Source of the DNA: an uncultured Rhodothermaceae bacterium
GTDB lineage: Bacteria > Bacteroidota > Rhodothermia > Rhodothermales > ISCAR-4553
NCBI GenBank assembly: GCA_964552015.1
Contig: CAZKFR010000002.1
Location: 25,931 to 89,930, forward strand
Length of the DNA: 64,000 bases
Direction: 5' to 3'
Shown here: positions 47,087-60,696 of the stretch, one piece after another
How the letters are laid out: every line of letters starts with the position of its first letter
How positions within the stretch are numbered: position 1 is the stretch's first letter
Position numbers and translations under genes: made by a program
Notes under the pieces: model-generated
The model's input: the letters and a program-made list of their open reading frames with translations, nothing else
What the model was told of the DNA's origin: nothing
The model's database searches: none

Positions 47087-48277
47087 TCATCGGGGGCCGG
47101 GAAGGCAGATCTTGCCCAGCAGCGTGGGGTGGCGTGCGCCGGTGACAGCGGGCAGGTTGGTAGGTACGCCGTTCAGGGTTTCGTGGGCAAGGACGGCGAA
47201 GCAGAGGGCTTCTTTGGCGTCCGGGTCGATGCCGTCCTCGGCCGTCGAGCGGACCGGCACGGGGGCGAAGGCATCCCGGAGGTAGCGCATCAGCGTGGCA
47301 TTGTGGACGCCGCCGCCGGCCACGAGCACCTCGTCGGGCTGATGGCGGGCGGCGACGAACCGCCGGCAGGCATCGCGTACGGTGCGGGCCGTGAGCGCCG
47401 TGGCGGTGGCCAGCACGTCGGCCGCGGACAGGCCCAGCCTCCGGGCCCGTTCCCAGAGGCGATCGACGAACGGGGTGCCGAACAGCTCGCGCCCGGTCGA
47501 CTTGGGCGGGTGCCGGTCGAAGTAGGGATGAGCGAGGAGTTCGTCGAGCAACCCTTCGTGGGGCGTGCCCCGGGCGGCCACGGCGCCGCCGGTGTCGCAG
47601 GGCCGGCCGAGGAGGCGTCGTGCCAGCGTATCCAGGACCATGTTGCCCGGTCCGGTGTCGAAGGCGCGCACGTCGTCCGGAGCAGCGTGGCGGGGGAGCA
47701 CCGTCAGGTTGGCGATGCCGCCCAGGTTGAGCAGAGCCCGGTTGCGGTCATCGCGGGTGAAGACCACGTAGTCGAAGTAGGGGACGAGGGGAGCGCCCTG
47801 GCCGCCCAGTGCCATGTCGGCCGGACGGAAGTCGCCGACGACCGGGACGCCCACCCGGTTGGCAAGCACCGAGGGATCGCCGATCTGCAGGGTCGCCGTG
47901 ATCGGTTCGCCGGCACAGTCGGTCGGCTCGGGGATGTGGTAGACGGTCTGCCCGTGCGAGCCGATGAGGTCGAGGTCGGCCGGCGTGATGCCGCCGGCTT
48001 CACAGACGGCTTCGACGGCGCGGGCGCAGGCGTGGGCCACACGCACGTTGAGCAGGGCCAGGTCGCGCACGGACGAGGTGGCGGGGTCCGAGTTGGCCAG
48101 CAGCGAGGCCTGCAGCGGTTCCGGGTAGGGGAGGGTCACGAACGCCCGTGGCGCCAGGCGCAGGCCACGTCCGCTGCCGGAGAGGTGCACGAGGGCGGCG
48201 TCGACGCCGTCGAGCGAAGTGCCGCTCATCAGGCCGACCACCAGACGCGAGGAAGCGGGGGACAGGGGTTCGGACAT
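47087..48277 (-). CDS. anmK: Anhydro-N-acetylmuramic acid kinase
   Basis: VVGLMSGTSLDGVDAALV...NLGGIANLT...FDTGPGNMVLD. Confidence 0.92.
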   Translation of the reverse strand: MSEPLSPASSRLVVGLMSGTSLDGVDAALVHLSGSGRGLRLAPRAFVTLPYPEPLQASLLANSDPATSSVRDLALLNVRVAHACARAVEAVCEAGGITPADLDLIGSHGQTVYHIPEPTDCAGEPITATLQIGDPSVLANRVGVPVVGDFRPADMALGGQGAPLVPYFDYVVFTRDDRNRALLNLGGIANLTVLPRHAAPDDVRAFDTGPGNMVLDTLARRLLGRPCDTGGAVAARGTPHEGLLDELLAHPYFDRHPPKSTGRELFGTPFVDRLWERARRLGLSAADVLATATALTARTVRDACRRFVAARHQPDEVLVAGGGVHNATLMRYLRDAFAPVPVRSTAEDGIDPDAKEALCFAVLAHETLNGVPTNLPAVTGARHPTLLGKICLPGPR

Positions 48278-48296
48278 GGGGGACGGGCAGGCAGGA

Positions 48297-48848
48297 TCAG
48301 CGCGCTTTCCGGCGCATCTGGGTCGCTTTTTGAAGGTATTCGGTGGCCCGTTCCGGTTCCTGGGACGCCAGTTGCTCGTACACGCGGGCGGCCTCTTCGT
48401 ACTGGTTCTGGGCGGCGTAGATGCGGGCGAGCGTCTCGGAAACCATGTCGTCGATGTCGTCCTCGAGTTCGGGCGCGGGGATGGCCTCCAGGTCCGGTGC
48501 CGGGACGATCCGCGCCTGTTCCAGCTCCGAGATGAGGCGATCCAGGTCTTCGAAGTCGGGTCGGGTCATGGGGGGATCGGCCGGGGCGGAGGGTGTCGCC
48601 AGGGCGGAAAGGGTGCGGTGCAGGCCCTTGCGCACGGTGGGGCTGTCCGGCAGGAAGAAGGCGGCGGCCTGCCAGGCGCGGAAGGCGTCCTGCCAGCGTC
48701 CGGCCGCCTCCAGGGCGCGGGCATAAACCACCTGGGCGGCCGTATAGCCGGGCAGGTGGGTGACGAGGTCCTCCAGCGCAGCGAGGGCCTCCTCCAGCTG
48801 CCCCTGATCCATACGGGTGAGGATCTCCTGGAGATTGGGAAGCGGCAT
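48297..48848 (-). CDS. TPR-like helical hypothetical protein with an acidic linker
   Basis: 183 aa from ATG 48848. It has helical-repeat-like N- and C-terminal parts (ARIYAAQNQYEEAARVYEQL). The track ORF continues upstream as antisense of the GT2 gene. Confidence 0.5.
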   Translation of the reverse strand: MPLPNLQEILTRMDQGQLEEALAALEDLVTHLPGYTAAQVVYARALEAAGRWQDAFRAWQAAAFFLPDSPTVRKGLHRTLSALATPSAPADPPMTRPDFEDLDRLISELEQARIVPAPDLEAIPAPELEDDIDDMVSETLARIYAAQNQYEEAARVYEQLASQEPERATEYLQKATQMRRKAR

Positions 48849-48988
48849 CGTCGCAGCGGTTGATGTGGCCTGCGGGAACGGTCGAGGGTCGGCATGAAGG
48901 AAGGGCACGACGGCTCGTCGTGCGAACCCGCAAGGTACGTATTCGTGCCGCGCCCAGGCAAATCTTCGCGCGGGTTTCGCACCGGGCT

Positions 48989-50491
48989 TCAGGCCCCCCG
49001 GCGGGCCTGCCGGTGCTGGGCGATGTTGAGGAAGGCAATCAGGCCGAACCCGGTCGCGAAGAGTAGCTGGAACGGGATCGCGGACCAGGCCCCGAGGCGC
49101 AGCAGGAGCAGGAGCCCGGCCATGCAGTAGAGGGCCAGGGCCATTTCGATCCAGGCGAGGGCCGGCAGGCGGGTTTCCGCGTAGCGGCTCCGCCACCAGG
49201 CCCGGGAGCCGGCCTGGGGGTGCACGTTGTACTTGGGGGTGCGTACGAAGGCCGAGGGCTTGCCGCGCAGGGCCTGCACGATCGCGCGGGAGTTGTTCAG
49301 CGCCATGCCCATGCTGCCGGCCATGAACAGGGGGAAGTAGAGAAGCCGGCGCGGCCAGAACGGATAGAGCGCGCGCTGGGCATAGAGCTGGGCCAGGAAG
49401 AAGCCCGCGAAGCCGACGAGTCCCAGTCCCATCACGGCAAAATAGACGGGGCCCGGCCCCAGGCCGGCATGCTCGAAGCCGAGCAACGGCGCGTGCAGCA
49501 GGGCCACGAGCAGGATCACCGGAAAGACGACGTGGGCCGTCAGGTGCAGCGTCCCCTCGAGCTTGATCCGCAGCGGATGTGCGGAGCGCCAGAGGGGGCC
49601 AAGCAGCTTGCGGGCCGTCTGCATGGCGCCCTTCGCCCAGCGAAATTGCTGGGTGCGGTAGGCGTTCAGGTCGAGCGGTAGCTCGGCCGGCACCTCGAGG
49701 TCGGGCAGGAAGACGAAGCGCCAGCCGCGGAGCTGGGCGCGGTAGCTCAGGTCCAGGTCCTCGGTGAGCGTGTCGCTCGTCCAGCCGCCTGCTTCCTCGA
49801 TGCAGGCGGCTCGCCACAGGCCGGCCGTCCCGTTGAAGTTGAGGAAGCAGCCGGCCAGCCCCCGCACCTGCTGTTCGACGGCGAAATGGGTGTCCAGCCC
49901 GAAGGCCTGCATCCGGGTCAGGAAGGAGAGGTCGGCGTTCAGATGACCCCAGCGGGCCTGCACCAGCCCCACGTGTGGGTCCTCGAAATGGCGAACGGTA
50001 CGCAGGAGGAAGTCGGGCGCCGGGAGAAAGTCGGCATCGAAAACGGCGATCAGTTCGCCCCGGGCCAGGCGGAGGCCGTTCTGCAGGGCGCCGGCTTTGT
50101 AGCCCTTCCGGTCGGTGCGGTGCAGGTGGAGGATGTCGACGCCCCGGTGCTGCCAGTACTGTACGCGCTCCGCCACGAGGGCCGTCGTGGAGTCGGTCGA
50201 GTCGTCAAGCACCTGAATCTCCAGCCGGCCCCGTGGATAGCGTAGCCGGGCACAGGCGTCGATCAGCCGCTCGGCCACGTGGGCCTCGTTGTAGAGCGGC
50301 AGTTGCACCGTGACGACGGGCCATCGCTCGTCCGGATCGGGCGTGGCCTCGGGGTCGGGTACCGGGCCCGGGCGTAGCCGGTCGTTGCGCGCAACCACGA
50401 CGGCCATCCAGAGCAGGTTCAGCCCGTAGACGAGCAGCACCACCATGCCGGCGGCGTACAAGGTGGCGAACAACAGGGAAAGCAGCGACAT
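48989..50491 (-). CDS. Membrane-integrated processive GT2 glycosyltransferase (cellulose/chitin-synthase-like)
   Basis: N-terminal TM helix, GT-A core (VTVQLPLYNE, VLDDSTD, VFDADF, TEDLDLS), the processivity motif QQFRWAKG, and several C-terminal TM helices. Confidence 0.85.
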   Translation of the reverse strand: MSLLSLLFATLYAAGMVVLLVYGLNLLWMAVVVARNDRLRPGPVPDPEATPDPDERWPVVTVQLPLYNEAHVAERLIDACARLRYPRGRLEIQVLDDSTDSTTALVAERVQYWQHRGVDILHLHRTDRKGYKAGALQNGLRLARGELIAVFDADFLPAPDFLLRTVRHFEDPHVGLVQARWGHLNADLSFLTRMQAFGLDTHFAVEQQVRGLAGCFLNFNGTAGLWRAACIEEAGGWTSDTLTEDLDLSYRAQLRGWRFVFLPDLEVPAELPLDLNAYRTQQFRWAKGAMQTARKLLGPLWRSAHPLRIKLEGTLHLTAHVVFPVILLVALLHAPLLGFEHAGLGPGPVYFAVMGLGLVGFAGFFLAQLYAQRALYPFWPRRLLYFPLFMAGSMGMALNNSRAIVQALRGKPSAFVRTPKYNVHPQAGSRAWWRSRYAETRLPALAWIEMALALYCMAGLLLLLRLGAWSAIPFQLLFATGFGLIAFLNIAQHRQARRGA

Positions 50492-50574
50492 GCGGTCACA
50501 CGATCAGGACGGGATACCTGCGTTGTCGTCGTCGGTGACGGGTTACAGGAAACGAGGGCGTCCGGGGGGGACGG

Positions 50575-51101
50575 TTACCAGTTCGACGTGGCCGCCGTGA
50601 AGATGTCGTCGGCGATCTTTTCGAGAGCGGCGAGGGCGGCCGTCTCTTCCCCGGCCAGGCCGTCGGCCACCGGGTCGTACTCGTCGAAGCCCTGGAAGGA
50701 GCGGCGGAGCAGCTCGCGGCCTTCGACGCGGTCCTCGTACACGACCGTCACGGTGATGGTGACGCGGTTGCGCGTGGTGCGTTCCTCCGCGCCGACGGCC
50801 GTGGGTGCATTGGCGTAGCGGTCGATGGTGGCGGTGAGGACGGCATCGGCGGATTCGGGGTCGGGCTCGAGCACGAGGCGGGTCTGGCCCACGAACCGGT
50901 CGATGAGCAGGCGGGTCAGCTGTTCGTCGAGGGCGGTGACGGTGCTGACGCTGCGGTCTTCGGCCAGCGGGATGGCGATGGTGCGCAGGTGGGAGGGGAT
51001 CGAGGCGCCGGTGAAGCTGTAGTACGCACAGCCGCCGTGGAGCACGGCCAGGAACAGCACGCCGAGGGCGCGCGCGATCGGTGACAGCGGGGATGCCGGC
51101 A

Positions 51102-51102
<1 letters not shown>
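50575..51102 (-). CDS. lptE: LptE-family lipoprotein
   Basis: Lipobox LHGGCAYY, 175 aa, with a pattern like Bacteroidota LptE. The start codon overlaps the upstream activator gene's stop (ATGA). Confidence 0.65.
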
Positions 51103-52394
<1,292 letters not shown>

Positions 52395-52424
52395 GGAAGG
52401 TAGGTCAGTCAGGGTGGGTCGATG

Positions 52425-52751
52425 TCAGGGTGATTCCGGGAGAGCGTCGAACGAGGCGACGTGGTCCAGGATCCGCCGGTCGGCCGTGAAGGCGTCCCCG
52501 AAGCGGCGCAGGCCCTCGGCGCGCATGGCGGCGGCGTGGTGCGTCAGGTAGGCGTCGAGGTGAGCCCGGCCGGCGACGTGGTACTGGATCGTCCAGTGGA
52601 CGCGGTCGTCGCCGGCATCCGTCCGGCGCAGCCAGGTGGCGGCCAGGAAGCCCTCGAACCCCAGCATCTGGCGGATGTGGGGCGGGAGCCAGGCGGCCAG
52701 GGCTTCGGCAGCGTCGGGGTGAACGTGCAGGTTGACCTCGTAGATCAGCAT
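52425..52751 (-). CDS. DUF4286-like small protein
   Basis: 108 aa; MLIYEVNLHV...W...HI..ML...GF pattern as recalled for DUF4286, which commonly neighbours miaB in Bacteroidota. Confidence 0.6.
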   Translation of the reverse strand: MLIYEVNLHVHPDAAEALAAWLPPHIRQMLGFEGFLAATWLRRTDAGDDRVHWTIQYHVAGRAHLDAYLTHHAAAMRAEGLRRFGDAFTADRRILDHVASFDALPESP

Positions 52752-52760
52752 GGCAGGGCG

Positions 52761-54209
52761 TCAGGCGAGGGCGGCCAGGGGGGTGGTGCCCAGCGGCTCG
52801 CCAAAGAGGGTGGCGGACGTGCAGCCGGTGATGCGCACACGCACGTACTGGCCCGGCGCATAGTCCTTCCGGTCGAAGACCACCATCTTGTTCGTATCCG
52901 TCCGTCCGCAGAACTGCGTCTCACTCCGCCGGCTCGGTCCCTCGACGAGCACGACGTGCTCGCGCCCGATCTCGGCCCGGTTGTTCTCTTCGGCGATGCG
53001 GGTCTGCAGCGCGATGATCTCGTTGAGCCGCCGCTTCTTCACGTCCTCCGGCACGTCGTCCACGTACTTCCGGGCCGCGTACGTGTCGGGCCGCTCCGAG
53101 TACATGAACATGTAGGCGTGGTCGTAGCGGACGATCTCGAGCAGCGAGAGCGTATCCCGGTGTTCGTCCTCCGTCTCGCCGCAGAAGCCGGCAATGATGT
53201 CGGTCGAGAGGGAGATGCCGGGGCAGATGGAACGGGCGCGTTCGACGAGCGCCAGGTACTCCTCGCGCGTGTACGTGCGGCGCATACGACGGAGCACGTC
53301 GGTGTTGCCGTGCTGGACGGGCAGGTGGATGTAGTTGCAGACGTTGTGTCGCTCGCGGTGCACGTGCAGGAGCGCGTCGGAGCAGTCCTTGGGATGGCTG
53401 GTCGAGTACCGGATGCGCAGCTCGGGCGAGAGGCGGCTGATGCGGTAGAGCAGTTCGGGAAAGTCCACCGTCGTGCCGTCCTGCACGAACCGGTACGAGT
53501 TGACGTTCTGCCCGAGGACGGTCACCTCGCGGTAGCCCCGTTCGAGGAGCTGTTCACACTCGGCCAGGATGCTGGCGACGGGGCGGCTGCGCTCACGGCC
53601 CCGGGTGAAGGGGACCACGCAGAAGGCGCACATGTTGTCGCACCCGCGCATGATCGAGACGAAGGCGCTGATGCCGTTGGTGTCGTAGCGTACCGGGGCG
53701 ATGTCGGCATAGGTCTCCTCGCGCGAGAGCTGCACGTTGACGGCGGCCTGGCCCGTCTCGGCGGCTACGTCCAGCAGGCGGGGCAGGTCCCGGTAGGCAT
53801 CCGGCCCCACGACCAGGTCGACGAGCTGTTCCTGCTCCAGCAGCTTGGCCCGCAGGCGCTCGGCCATGCACCCGAGGACACCCAGCGTCAGGTCCGGGCG
53901 GCCTTTCCGCTTGGCGGCGCGGAAGACGTCCAGGCGCCGGCGCACCTTCTGCTCGGCGTTCTCACGGATGGCACAGGTGTTCAGCAGGACCACGTCCGCC
54001 TGGTCGGGGTCGTGCGTGAGCCCGAAGCCGTGCTCGCGCAGTACGGCCGCCACGATCTCGGAGTCCGAGACGTTCATCTGGCAGCCGTACGTCTCGATGT
54101 ACACCCGGCGTTTGCCGTCGGCTTCCTCGGCCGTGTGTTTCGGTGTGTCGAGGTCGTCGAGGATCTTCAGGTCGGAGATCAGTTCCATGGCGAGGGCGGG
54201 CGTGGTCAT
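52761..54209 (-). CDS. miaB: tRNA i6A37 methylthiotransferase
   Basis: UPF0004 domain ([16 protein letters not shown]), radical-SAM CDNMCAFC and a C-terminal TRAM domain. The start is uncertain (54209, 54188 or 54290). Confidence 0.92.
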   Translation of the reverse strand: MTTPALAMELISDLKILDDLDTPKHTAEEADGKRRVYIETYGCQMNVSDSEIVAAVLREHGFGLTHDPDQADVVLLNTCAIRENAEQKVRRRLDVFRAAKRKGRPDLTLGVLGCMAERLRAKLLEQEQLVDLVVGPDAYRDLPRLLDVAAETGQAAVNVQLSREETYADIAPVRYDTNGISAFVSIMRGCDNMCAFCVVPFTRGRERSRPVASILAECEQLLERGYREVTVLGQNVNSYRFVQDGTTVDFPELLYRISRLSPELRIRYSTSHPKDCSDALLHVHRERHNVCNYIHLPVQHGNTDVLRRMRRTYTREEYLALVERARSICPGISLSTDIIAGFCGETEDEHRDTLSLLEIVRYDHAYMFMYSERPDTYAARKYVDDVPEDVKKRRLNEIIALQTRIAEENNRAEIGREHVVLVEGPSRRSETQFCGRTDTNKMVVFDRKDYAPGQYVRVRITGCTSATLFGEPLGTTPLAALA

Positions 54210-54315
54210 GACGGCCCGGTCCGGCAGTCGGGTCCGGGGGATCAACATAAACGAAGGGGGGCGGCCCCGGGTTCGGCCGGAAATCGTCAAGCCCGGGCGA
54301 AGAATGGCCGCTGCG

Positions 54316-56004
54316 TCAGGAAGCCTCGGGCACGTGCGCCGCGGCCATCGAGCGGGTCCAGCGCATGACGATGGGCAGGCGCCGCCCGATGCCGAAGGCC
54401 TTGGCGCTGACGCGGAGGCCGGGCGGGGCCTGGCGCCGCTTGTACTCGTTACGGTCCACCATGGCCAGGATGCGCTGGACGAACGCCCGCTCGTAGCCGG
54501 TGGCCGCCACGATGGCGTCGAGTTCCATGCGGTCGACGATGTAGTGCCGGAGGATGGTGTCGAGGACCGGATACGGGGGGAGCGCGTCGGTGTCGAGCTG
54601 GCCCGGGCGGAGTTCGGCCGAGGGGGGCTTGGTCAGCGTGCTCTCCGGGATGATCGTGCGGCCGGCGCGCGCGTTGATGTGGTGCGCCAGGGCATAGACC
54701 TCCGTCTTGAACACGTCCGCTAGTACGGCCAGCCCGCCGCTCATGTCCCCGTAGAGCGTGGCGTATCCGACGGCCATCTCGCTCTTGTTGCCGGTCGAGA
54801 GGACCAGGTAGTTGAACTTGTTCGAGAGGGCCATCAGCGTGGTGCCCCGCACGCGCGCCTGGATGTTCTCCTCGGCCAGACCGGGCTCGGTGCCCCGGAA
54901 GGCGTCTTCGAGCATCTGACCGAAGGCCTCTACGGCCGGGTGGATGGGGATGACCCGGCAGGGGATGCCCAGGTTCTCCGCGAGTGCGAGCGAGTCGTCC
55001 ACCGAGCCTTGCGAGGAGTAGGCCGAGGGCATCGTCACGCTGGTGACCCGTTCGGGTCCGAGGGCTGCGACGGCCAGCGCACACGTCACGGCCGAGTCGA
55101 TACCGCCCGAGAGGCTGACGATGGCCTTCGCGAACGCGCCCGTCTTCTCGAAGTAGTCGCGGATGCCCAGCACGAGCGCGTCGTGCAGGTCGGCCGTCAT
55201 GTCGTGGGCGAGGGAGCAGGGGCCGGGCTGCGTGCCCAGGTCCCAGTACAGCAGTGCCTCCCGGAACGACGGGGCGCACAGCAGCCGCGTCCCGTCGGCG
55301 GCATGGACCCGGCTGTCGCCGTCGAAGATGACCTCGGTGTTGGCGCCGACCTGGTTGACGAGGACGAAGGGGACGCCGTGCTCCCGGCAGATCGCCGTCA
55401 CGACGGCGTTGCGCTGGTCGTGTTTGCCGTGCGCGAACGGCGAGGCGCTCAGATTGACGAAGAGGTCGATCCCGAGGGCCGCCAGTTCGTCGATCGGGTT
55501 CTCGCGGTAGAGGTGGTAAGCTGCATAGTCCTCGTTATTCCACATGTCCTCGCAGATGTGGAGGCCGAGGCGCACGCCGCGCCACCGCACCACGTGCCGG
55601 CGCGGGGCGGGCTCGAAGTAACGGTATTCGTCGAAGATGTCGTAGGTCGGAAGCAGCGTCTTATCGACACGATCGACGATCTGGCCGTTCTCGAGGAGCA
55701 GCGCGGCGTTGAAGAGCCGCTTGCCGATGCGGTCGGTGTTCCGGACCGGCGCCCCCACGATCAGGCCGGTGTCCGGCGGCGCTTCGCGTGCGATCCACGA
55801 CACGGCCCGCGTGGTGGCTTCGATGAAGTACGTGTTCTCGAGCAGGTCCAGCGGCGGGTAGCCGGTGACGCAGAGCTCGGGGAAGACGACCAGATCCGCC
55901 CCGGCCTGCCGGGCTTGCCGGGCGGTGTCCACGATCCGGCGGCTGTTCCCTTCCAGGTCGCCGACGATCGGGTTGATCTGGGCAAGTGCGATGCGCATGG
56001 TCAT
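54316..56004 (-). CDS. nadE: Glutamine-dependent NAD+ synthetase
   Basis: N-terminal nitrilase (CN-hydrolase) domain ([14 protein letters not shown]..., FPEL, ICEDMW) and C-terminal NAD synthetase domain (SLSGGIDS P-loop). The rest of track ORF 54316..59181 is antisense shadow of the kinase gene. Confidence 0.93.
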   Translation of the reverse strand: MTMRIALAQINPIVGDLEGNSRRIVDTARQARQAGADLVVFPELCVTGYPPLDLLENTYFIEATTRAVSWIAREAPPDTGLIVGAPVRNTDRIGKRLFNAALLLENGQIVDRVDKTLLPTYDIFDEYRYFEPAPRRHVVRWRGVRLGLHICEDMWNNEDYAAYHLYRENPIDELAALGIDLFVNLSASPFAHGKHDQRNAVVTAICREHGVPFVLVNQVGANTEVIFDGDSRVHAADGTRLLCAPSFREALLYWDLGTQPGPCSLAHDMTADLHDALVLGIRDYFEKTGAFAKAIVSLSGGIDSAVTCALAVAALGPERVTSVTMPSAYSSQGSVDDSLALAENLGIPCRVIPIHPAVEAFGQMLEDAFRGTEPGLAEENIQARVRGTTLMALSNKFNYLVLSTGNKSEMAVGYATLYGDMSGGLAVLADVFKTEVYALAHHINARAGRTIIPESTLTKPPSAELRPGQLDTDALPPYPVLDTILRHYIVDRMELDAIVAATGYERAFVQRILAMVDRNEYKRRQAPPGLRVSAKAFGIGRRLPIVMRWTRSMAAAHVPEAS

Positions 56005-56259
56005 TCTCGCGAAAGGGCCGAAGAACGGAAAGCACAGGCCAGCCCGCCATAGGTTCCTCGAACGCATTTTTTTCCACCCACGCGGAAAAAGATACGCCGC
56101 GCATCGGGGGTCCGGCCCGGGCGAGGCCCCGGATAGGGGTCCGGTTGCCGGTTTCGGGCCGGTAGGACCCGGGTGAAGGCTCCGGGGGGACGAATGGGCC
56201 TGCGTTTTGCCGGCCCGGTCCCCCGGAGCCCTGCGTGAAAAAATGGAGGCATCTTTTTC

Positions 56260-59200
56260 ATGGGCAAACGTATGCGACGGTCGGTCCGGGGCGTGGCCGG
56301 GATGGCCCTGCTGTGCCTGTGGGGCCTCCTGGCTACCGCACGCGGGCAGGGACTCGACCCCGACCTGGCCGTCACCCAGTACACGCACGACATCTGGACG
56401 ACCGACGACGGCCTGCCGCAGAACTCCGTCAACGCCATCCTGCAGACGCGTGACGGCTACCTCTGGATGGGGACCTACGAGGGACTGGTCTGTTTCGACG
56501 GGATCGAGTTCATCGTCTTCGATAAACGCAACACGCCGGAGATCCGGGACAACGTCTTCTATGCCCTCTATGAGAGCCGGGACGGCACCCTGTGGGCCGG
56601 CACCCAGGCCGGCGGGCTGATCGCCTATCGGGACGGGGCCTTCACCACGTACACCATCGAAGACGGCCTCGGCAACGATTTCATCACCTCCCTGGCCGAG
56701 GACCTCGACGGCAACCTCTGGATCGGGTTGCAGGGCGGTGGTCTTTCGCGTTACCGGGACGGGGTGTTCACCACCTACACGACCGCCGATGGCCTCGTCC
56801 CGAACACAATCATGGAACTGCTCGTCGACCGGAATGGCGTGCTCTGGATGGGCACCAATGGGGGCGGGCTCGTGCGTTATGATGGCGGGCAGTTTACGGT
56901 CTACACGGCCGGAGACGGGCTGGGAAGCGACGTCGTGCGGGGCCTCTGGGAGGATGAGGACGGAACGCTCTGGATCGGAACAAGGGGCGGGTACGGGCTC
57001 GTCCGGTTCGACGGCCACACCTTCACACCGCTCGCGGGGATGCCGTTCCAGCATGTCAATGCGATCTATGCGGATCGGCACGGCACGCTCTGGATCGGCA
57101 CGGATGGGGGCGGTCTGATGCGGTATCGGGCGGGCCGCTTCGATACGATCACCCTCTCGGGGGAAGTGGCCGGCGAGGTGGTCTGGGACATCTACGAGGA
57201 TCGGGAAGGCAGCCTCTGGGTGGGCACGTTCGGCGGCGGGCTGCACCGCTTCAAGAACAGCCGTTTCCTGGTTTACGGTATGCCCGAAGGCCTCTCCTTC
57301 AACGCCGTACGCGCTGTCATCGAAGGGCGAGACGGCAGCCTCTGGGTCGGGTCGATGGCCGGCTTGAACCGCATCCGGGACGGGCGCATTCAGGTTTTTT
57401 CGCAACAGGATGGGCTCTCGAACAATGCGGTCTGGGCGCTCTGGGAGGGGCGAGATGGCAGCCTCTGGGTCGGCACCCGCCGGGGCGGGCTCAACCGGTA
57501 CCGGGATGGCCGCTTCGAGGTATACACCACCGCGGACGGGCTGGGTAATGATTTTGTTCGGACGGTGTTCGAGGACGCGCACGGGAACCTGTGGGTAGGC
57601 ACGGACGGTGGCGGGTTGCAACGCTTCGAAAACGGGCGGTTCGTCGAGACGTACACGACGGCCAACGGCCTCGCAAGCAACGTCGTCTGGGTGCTGCGCG
57701 ATGCACCGGACGGCGGCCTCTGGGTAGGGACCCGGGGCGGCGGCCTGAGTTATTTCCGGGACGGACGGTTCACGACCTACCGCGCCACCGACGGCCTGGC
57801 CGATGATTTCGTGACGACCCTCCATCAGGATGCAGACGGCGCGCTGTGGATCGGCAGTTACGGTCACGGCCTCACGCGCTTCAAAGACGGTCGATTCTCC
57901 GTGATCACCTCGGCGCAGGGGCTCTTCGACGATGTGATCCACGTGATCCTGGAGGACGATCAGGGCCGCCTCTGGATGAGCAGCAACCGGGGCGTTTACT
58001 ATGTGGAGAAACGCGAGCTCGAGGCCTTTTTCGAAGGGCGGCGGGACGCGGTCACCTCCACGGTCTTCGGGAAGGAAGACGGGCTGCGGAGTGAGGAAGG
58101 CAACAGCGCTTCGCCCGCCGGATGGCGAGCACGAGACGGACGCCTCTGGTTTGCCACCATGAAGGGGGTGGCCGGTATCCGGCCGGGTCGGTTCCAGACC
58201 AACCCGTATGCGCCGCCGGTCCTCATCGGATCGGTACGCATCGACAACCGGGAGGAGAAGGTGAGGTCGCGGATCGTGATTCCACCCGGGGCACGGCATC
58301 TGGAGATCCGGTACACGGCGTTGAGCTTGCTCTTTCCGAGCAAAGTGCGTTTCCGGTACCGGCTCGATCCCTACGACCGGGACTGGATCGAGGCCGGCGG
58401 GCGGCGTGTCGCCTACTATACGAGCGTGCCGCCGGGGACGTATCGTTTTCGCGTCATTGCGGCCAACGAGGACGGCGTGTGGAACGAGGAAGGCGCTACG
58501 CTCATCGTTCGGATGGAGCCCTTCTTCTACCAGCAGCCCTGGTTCCCGCCGCTGCTCGTGCTGATGTTCCTGGCGGGGGTCTACGGCGTGGTGCGTTACC
58601 GGATGATGCGGTACCGGCAGCGGGAGGCCGAACTGGCAGAGGCCGTCCAGGCCCGCACCGAGCAGCTCCAGCAAACGGTGCACGCGCTCGATGAGGCCCG
58701 TCAACGGGCCGAAGAGGCGGCCCGGGCCAAAAGCGAGTTCCTGGCCAACATGAGCCATGAGATCCGCACGCCCATGAACGGCGTCATCGGCATGACCAGC
58801 CTGCTCCTCGACACCGACCTCTCGGACGAACAGCGTGATTTCGTCGAGACGATCCGGAGCAGCGGCGAGAGCCTGCTCACGCTCATCAACGAGATCCTGG
58901 ATTTCTCGAAGATCGAGGCCGGGCAGATCGAACTGGAGCACCATCCGTTCAACCTGGTTTCCTGCCTGGAGTCCGCGCTGGAGGTGGTGGCCGTCAGGGC
59001 CTGCCACAAGGGGCTGGAGCTGGTGCTCGACGTGGCACCCGACGTGCCGGCTACGATCGTGGGGGATGCCACGCGGCTGCGGCAGATCGTCGTGAACCTG
59101 CTGGGGAATGCCGTCAAGTTCACCGAAGCCGGCGAGGTGGCGCTGGCGGTCCGGCGGGGTGATGGAGAGGACCTCCTGCACGTGTCCGTCCGGGACACCG

Positions 59201-60276
59201 GCATCGGCATCCCGGCCGACCGGATGGACCGGCTCTTTCAGGCCTTCTCGCAGGTCGATGCGTCGACGACCCGCCGGTACGGGGGGACGGGCCTGGGGCT
59301 GGCCATCTGCCGGCGGCTATGCGAGAAGATGGGGGGGCGCATCTGGGTCGAGAGCGAGGTGGGCGTCGGCTCGACGTTTCATTTCACGTTCCGGGCCGGG
59401 CAGGTACCGGCGCCGGAGGTGGAGCCCCGTGCCCAGTTCCGGCAGAAGCGGGTGTTGCTCGTACAGCCGTGCGCGTCGGCACGCCGGGTGACGGCTGAGG
59501 TGCTGGGAGGCTGGGGTATCCCCGTGACGGCCGTGGCCGAGGGGCGGGACGCGCTTCGCCTCGTGGCCGAGCAGCCGCCCTTCGACCTGATGGTGGTCGA
59601 TTCGAGCCTTGGCGATCTCGATCCCCGGTCGTTCCTGCGTGTCGTGCGGGCGCATCCGAAGGGGAGCCGTCTGCCCGTGGTGCTCCTGAACGACGTGTGC
59701 CGGCGCCTCAACGTGACCGAGATCGGCGGGGTGCAGCGCGTCAACAAGCCGGTGCGGCGGAGCGAACTGTACGATGCGCTCGCCACGGCCTTTTCGGCCG
59801 GGGAGACGGGGGCGTCACGTCCCGCGCGTCGCTCGGCGTTCGATGCCGAACTGGGCAAACGGCTGCCGCTACGCATCCTGCTCGCCGAGGACAATGCCGT
59901 CAACCAGCGTGTGGCGCTCCGCCTGCTCGAACGCCTGGGGTACCGCGCCGATGTGGCGGCCAACGGCCTGGAGGTGCTCGAGGCGGTTCGTAAGGTGCCC
60001 TACGATGTTATCCTGATGGACGTGCAGATGCCGGAGATGAACGGTCTGGAGGCCACGCGGCGGCTGCGGGAGGAACAGGCGGGGCGGCCCGGCCCCCGCA
60101 TCATCGCGCTGACGGCCAACGCCATGGAGGAGGACCGTCAGCGCTGCCTCGAGGCCGGCATGGACGACTATCTCGCCAAGCCCATCCAGGTGGCCGCGCT
60201 GGTCGCGGCGCTCGAGCGGTGTAAGCCCGTCCATAATGCCCCGCCCGCGCGCGGTGAGGGCTGGGGCGTTGCGTGA
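56260..60276 (+). CDS. Hybrid sensor histidine kinase with periplasmic two-component-regulator propeller repeats and a Y_Y_Y domain, followed by HisKA, HATPase, a pseudo-receiver and a receiver
   Basis: Signal peptide; more than 12 repeats of the G.LW.GT..GL..(Y/F) type; TM helix at ~aa 745; H-box [11 protein letters not shown]; N, G1 and G2 boxes. The first REC-like domain lacks the acidic pair (LLVQPCAS). The second is canonical (LLAEDNAVN...[10 protein letters not shown]...KP). Confidence 0.9.
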   Translation: MGKRMRRSVRGVAGMALLCLWGLLATARGQGLDPDLAVTQYTHDIWTTDDGLPQNSVNAILQTRDGYLWMGTYEGLVCFDGIEFIVFDKRNTPEIRDNVFYALYESRDGTLWAGTQAGGLIAYRDGAFTTYTIEDGLGNDFITSLAEDLDGNLWIGLQGGGLSRYRDGVFTTYTTADGLVPNTIMELLVDRNGVLWMGTNGGGLVRYDGGQFTVYTAGDGLGSDVVRGLWEDEDGTLWIGTRGGYGLVRFDGHTFTPLAGMPFQHVNAIYADRHGTLWIGTDGGGLMRYRAGRFDTITLSGEVAGEVVWDIYEDREGSLWVGTFGGGLHRFKNSRFLVYGMPEGLSFNAVRAVIEGRDGSLWVGSMAGLNRIRDGRIQVFSQQDGLSNNAVWALWEGRDGSLWVGTRRGGLNRYRDGRFEVYTTADGLGNDFVRTVFEDAHGNLWVGTDGGGLQRFENGRFVETYTTANGLASNVVWVLRDAPDGGLWVGTRGGGLSYFRDGRFTTYRATDGLADDFVTTLHQDADGALWIGSYGHGLTRFKDGRFSVITSAQGLFDDVIHVILEDDQGRLWMSSNRGVYYVEKRELEAFFEGRRDAVTSTVFGKEDGLRSEEGNSASPAGWRARDGRLWFATMKGVAGIRPGRFQTNPYAPPVLIGSVRIDNREEKVRSRIVIPPGARHLEIRYTALSLLFPSKVRFRYRLDPYDRDWIEAGGRRVAYYTSVPPGTYRFRVIAANEDGVWNEEGATLIVRMEPFFYQQPWFPPLLVLMFLAGVYGVVRYRMMRYRQREAELAEAVQARTEQLQQTVHALDEARQRAEEAARAKSEFLANMSHEIRTPMNGVIGMTSLLLDTDLSDEQRDFVETIRSSGESLLTLINEILDFSKIEAGQIELEHHPFNLVSCLESALEVVAVRACHKGLELVLDVAPDVPATIVGDATRLRQIVVNLLGNAVKFTEAGEVALAVRRGDGEDLLHVSVRDTGIGIPADRMDRLFQAFSQVDASTTRRYGGTGLGLAICRRLCEKMGGRIWVESEVGVGSTFHFTFRAGQVPAPEVEPRAQFRQKRVLLVQPCASARRVTAEVLGGWGIPVTAVAEGRDALRLVAEQPPFDLMVVDSSLGDLDPRSFLRVVRAHPKGSRLPVVLLNDVCRRLNVTEIGGVQRVNKPVRRSELYDALATAFSAGETGASRPARRSAFDAELGKRLPLRILLAEDNAVNQRVALRLLERLGYRADVAANGLEVLEAVRKVPYDVILMDVQMPEMNGLEATRRLREEQAGRPGPRIIALTANAMEEDRQRCLEAGMDDYLAKPIQVAALVAALERCKPVHNAPPARGEGWGVA

Positions 60277-60291
60277 GGTGTCGGCGCCTCA

Positions 60292-60693
60292 TCACCGCCG
60301 GTCGGGAAGCACGTCGACACGGACGACGAGGGTCTCGGGCGGAGCCGCAGGCCGTTCGGCGGCGAAGCGCCAGTGGTACGTACCCGCATCCGCGGGGAAG
60401 GTGCGCCAGAGGAACGACCGGCCTTCGAGCCGGCTCATGGCCGGGACGTGCAGGGCGGCATAGCGGATGACCGGATGCCCGCCGAGGCTGTCCGGCAGAG
60501 CCAGGATGAGGGGGCGGCCGGCGCGGACACGCGATGCGAGCGTGTCCGGGGGCATCGTCGGTTCCGCAAGAACCGGGGCGTGGATGGGGGCGTACGGGAG
60601 CAGGGCGGGAGTGCCTCTTCCGGAGCGACCCGGCAGGGGGAGCAGCATCCCGGTCAACAGGAGGGCCAACCAACGCATTGTTTGTGCTCGCAT
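60292..60693 (-). CDS. Small secreted hypothetical protein
   Basis: Signal-peptide-like MRWLALLLTGMLLPLPG (alternative ATG at 60678). GC3 is very high in this frame, whereas the co-phased plus-strand frame translates to Arg/Gly/Glu-rich junk. Confidence 0.45.
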   Translation of the reverse strand: MRAQTMRWLALLLTGMLLPLPGRSGRGTPALLPYAPIHAPVLAEPTMPPDTLASRVRAGRPLILALPDSLGGHPVIRYAALHVPAMSRLEGRSFLWRTFPADAGTYHWRFAAERPAAPPETLVVRVDVLPDRR

Positions 60694-60696
60694 CCG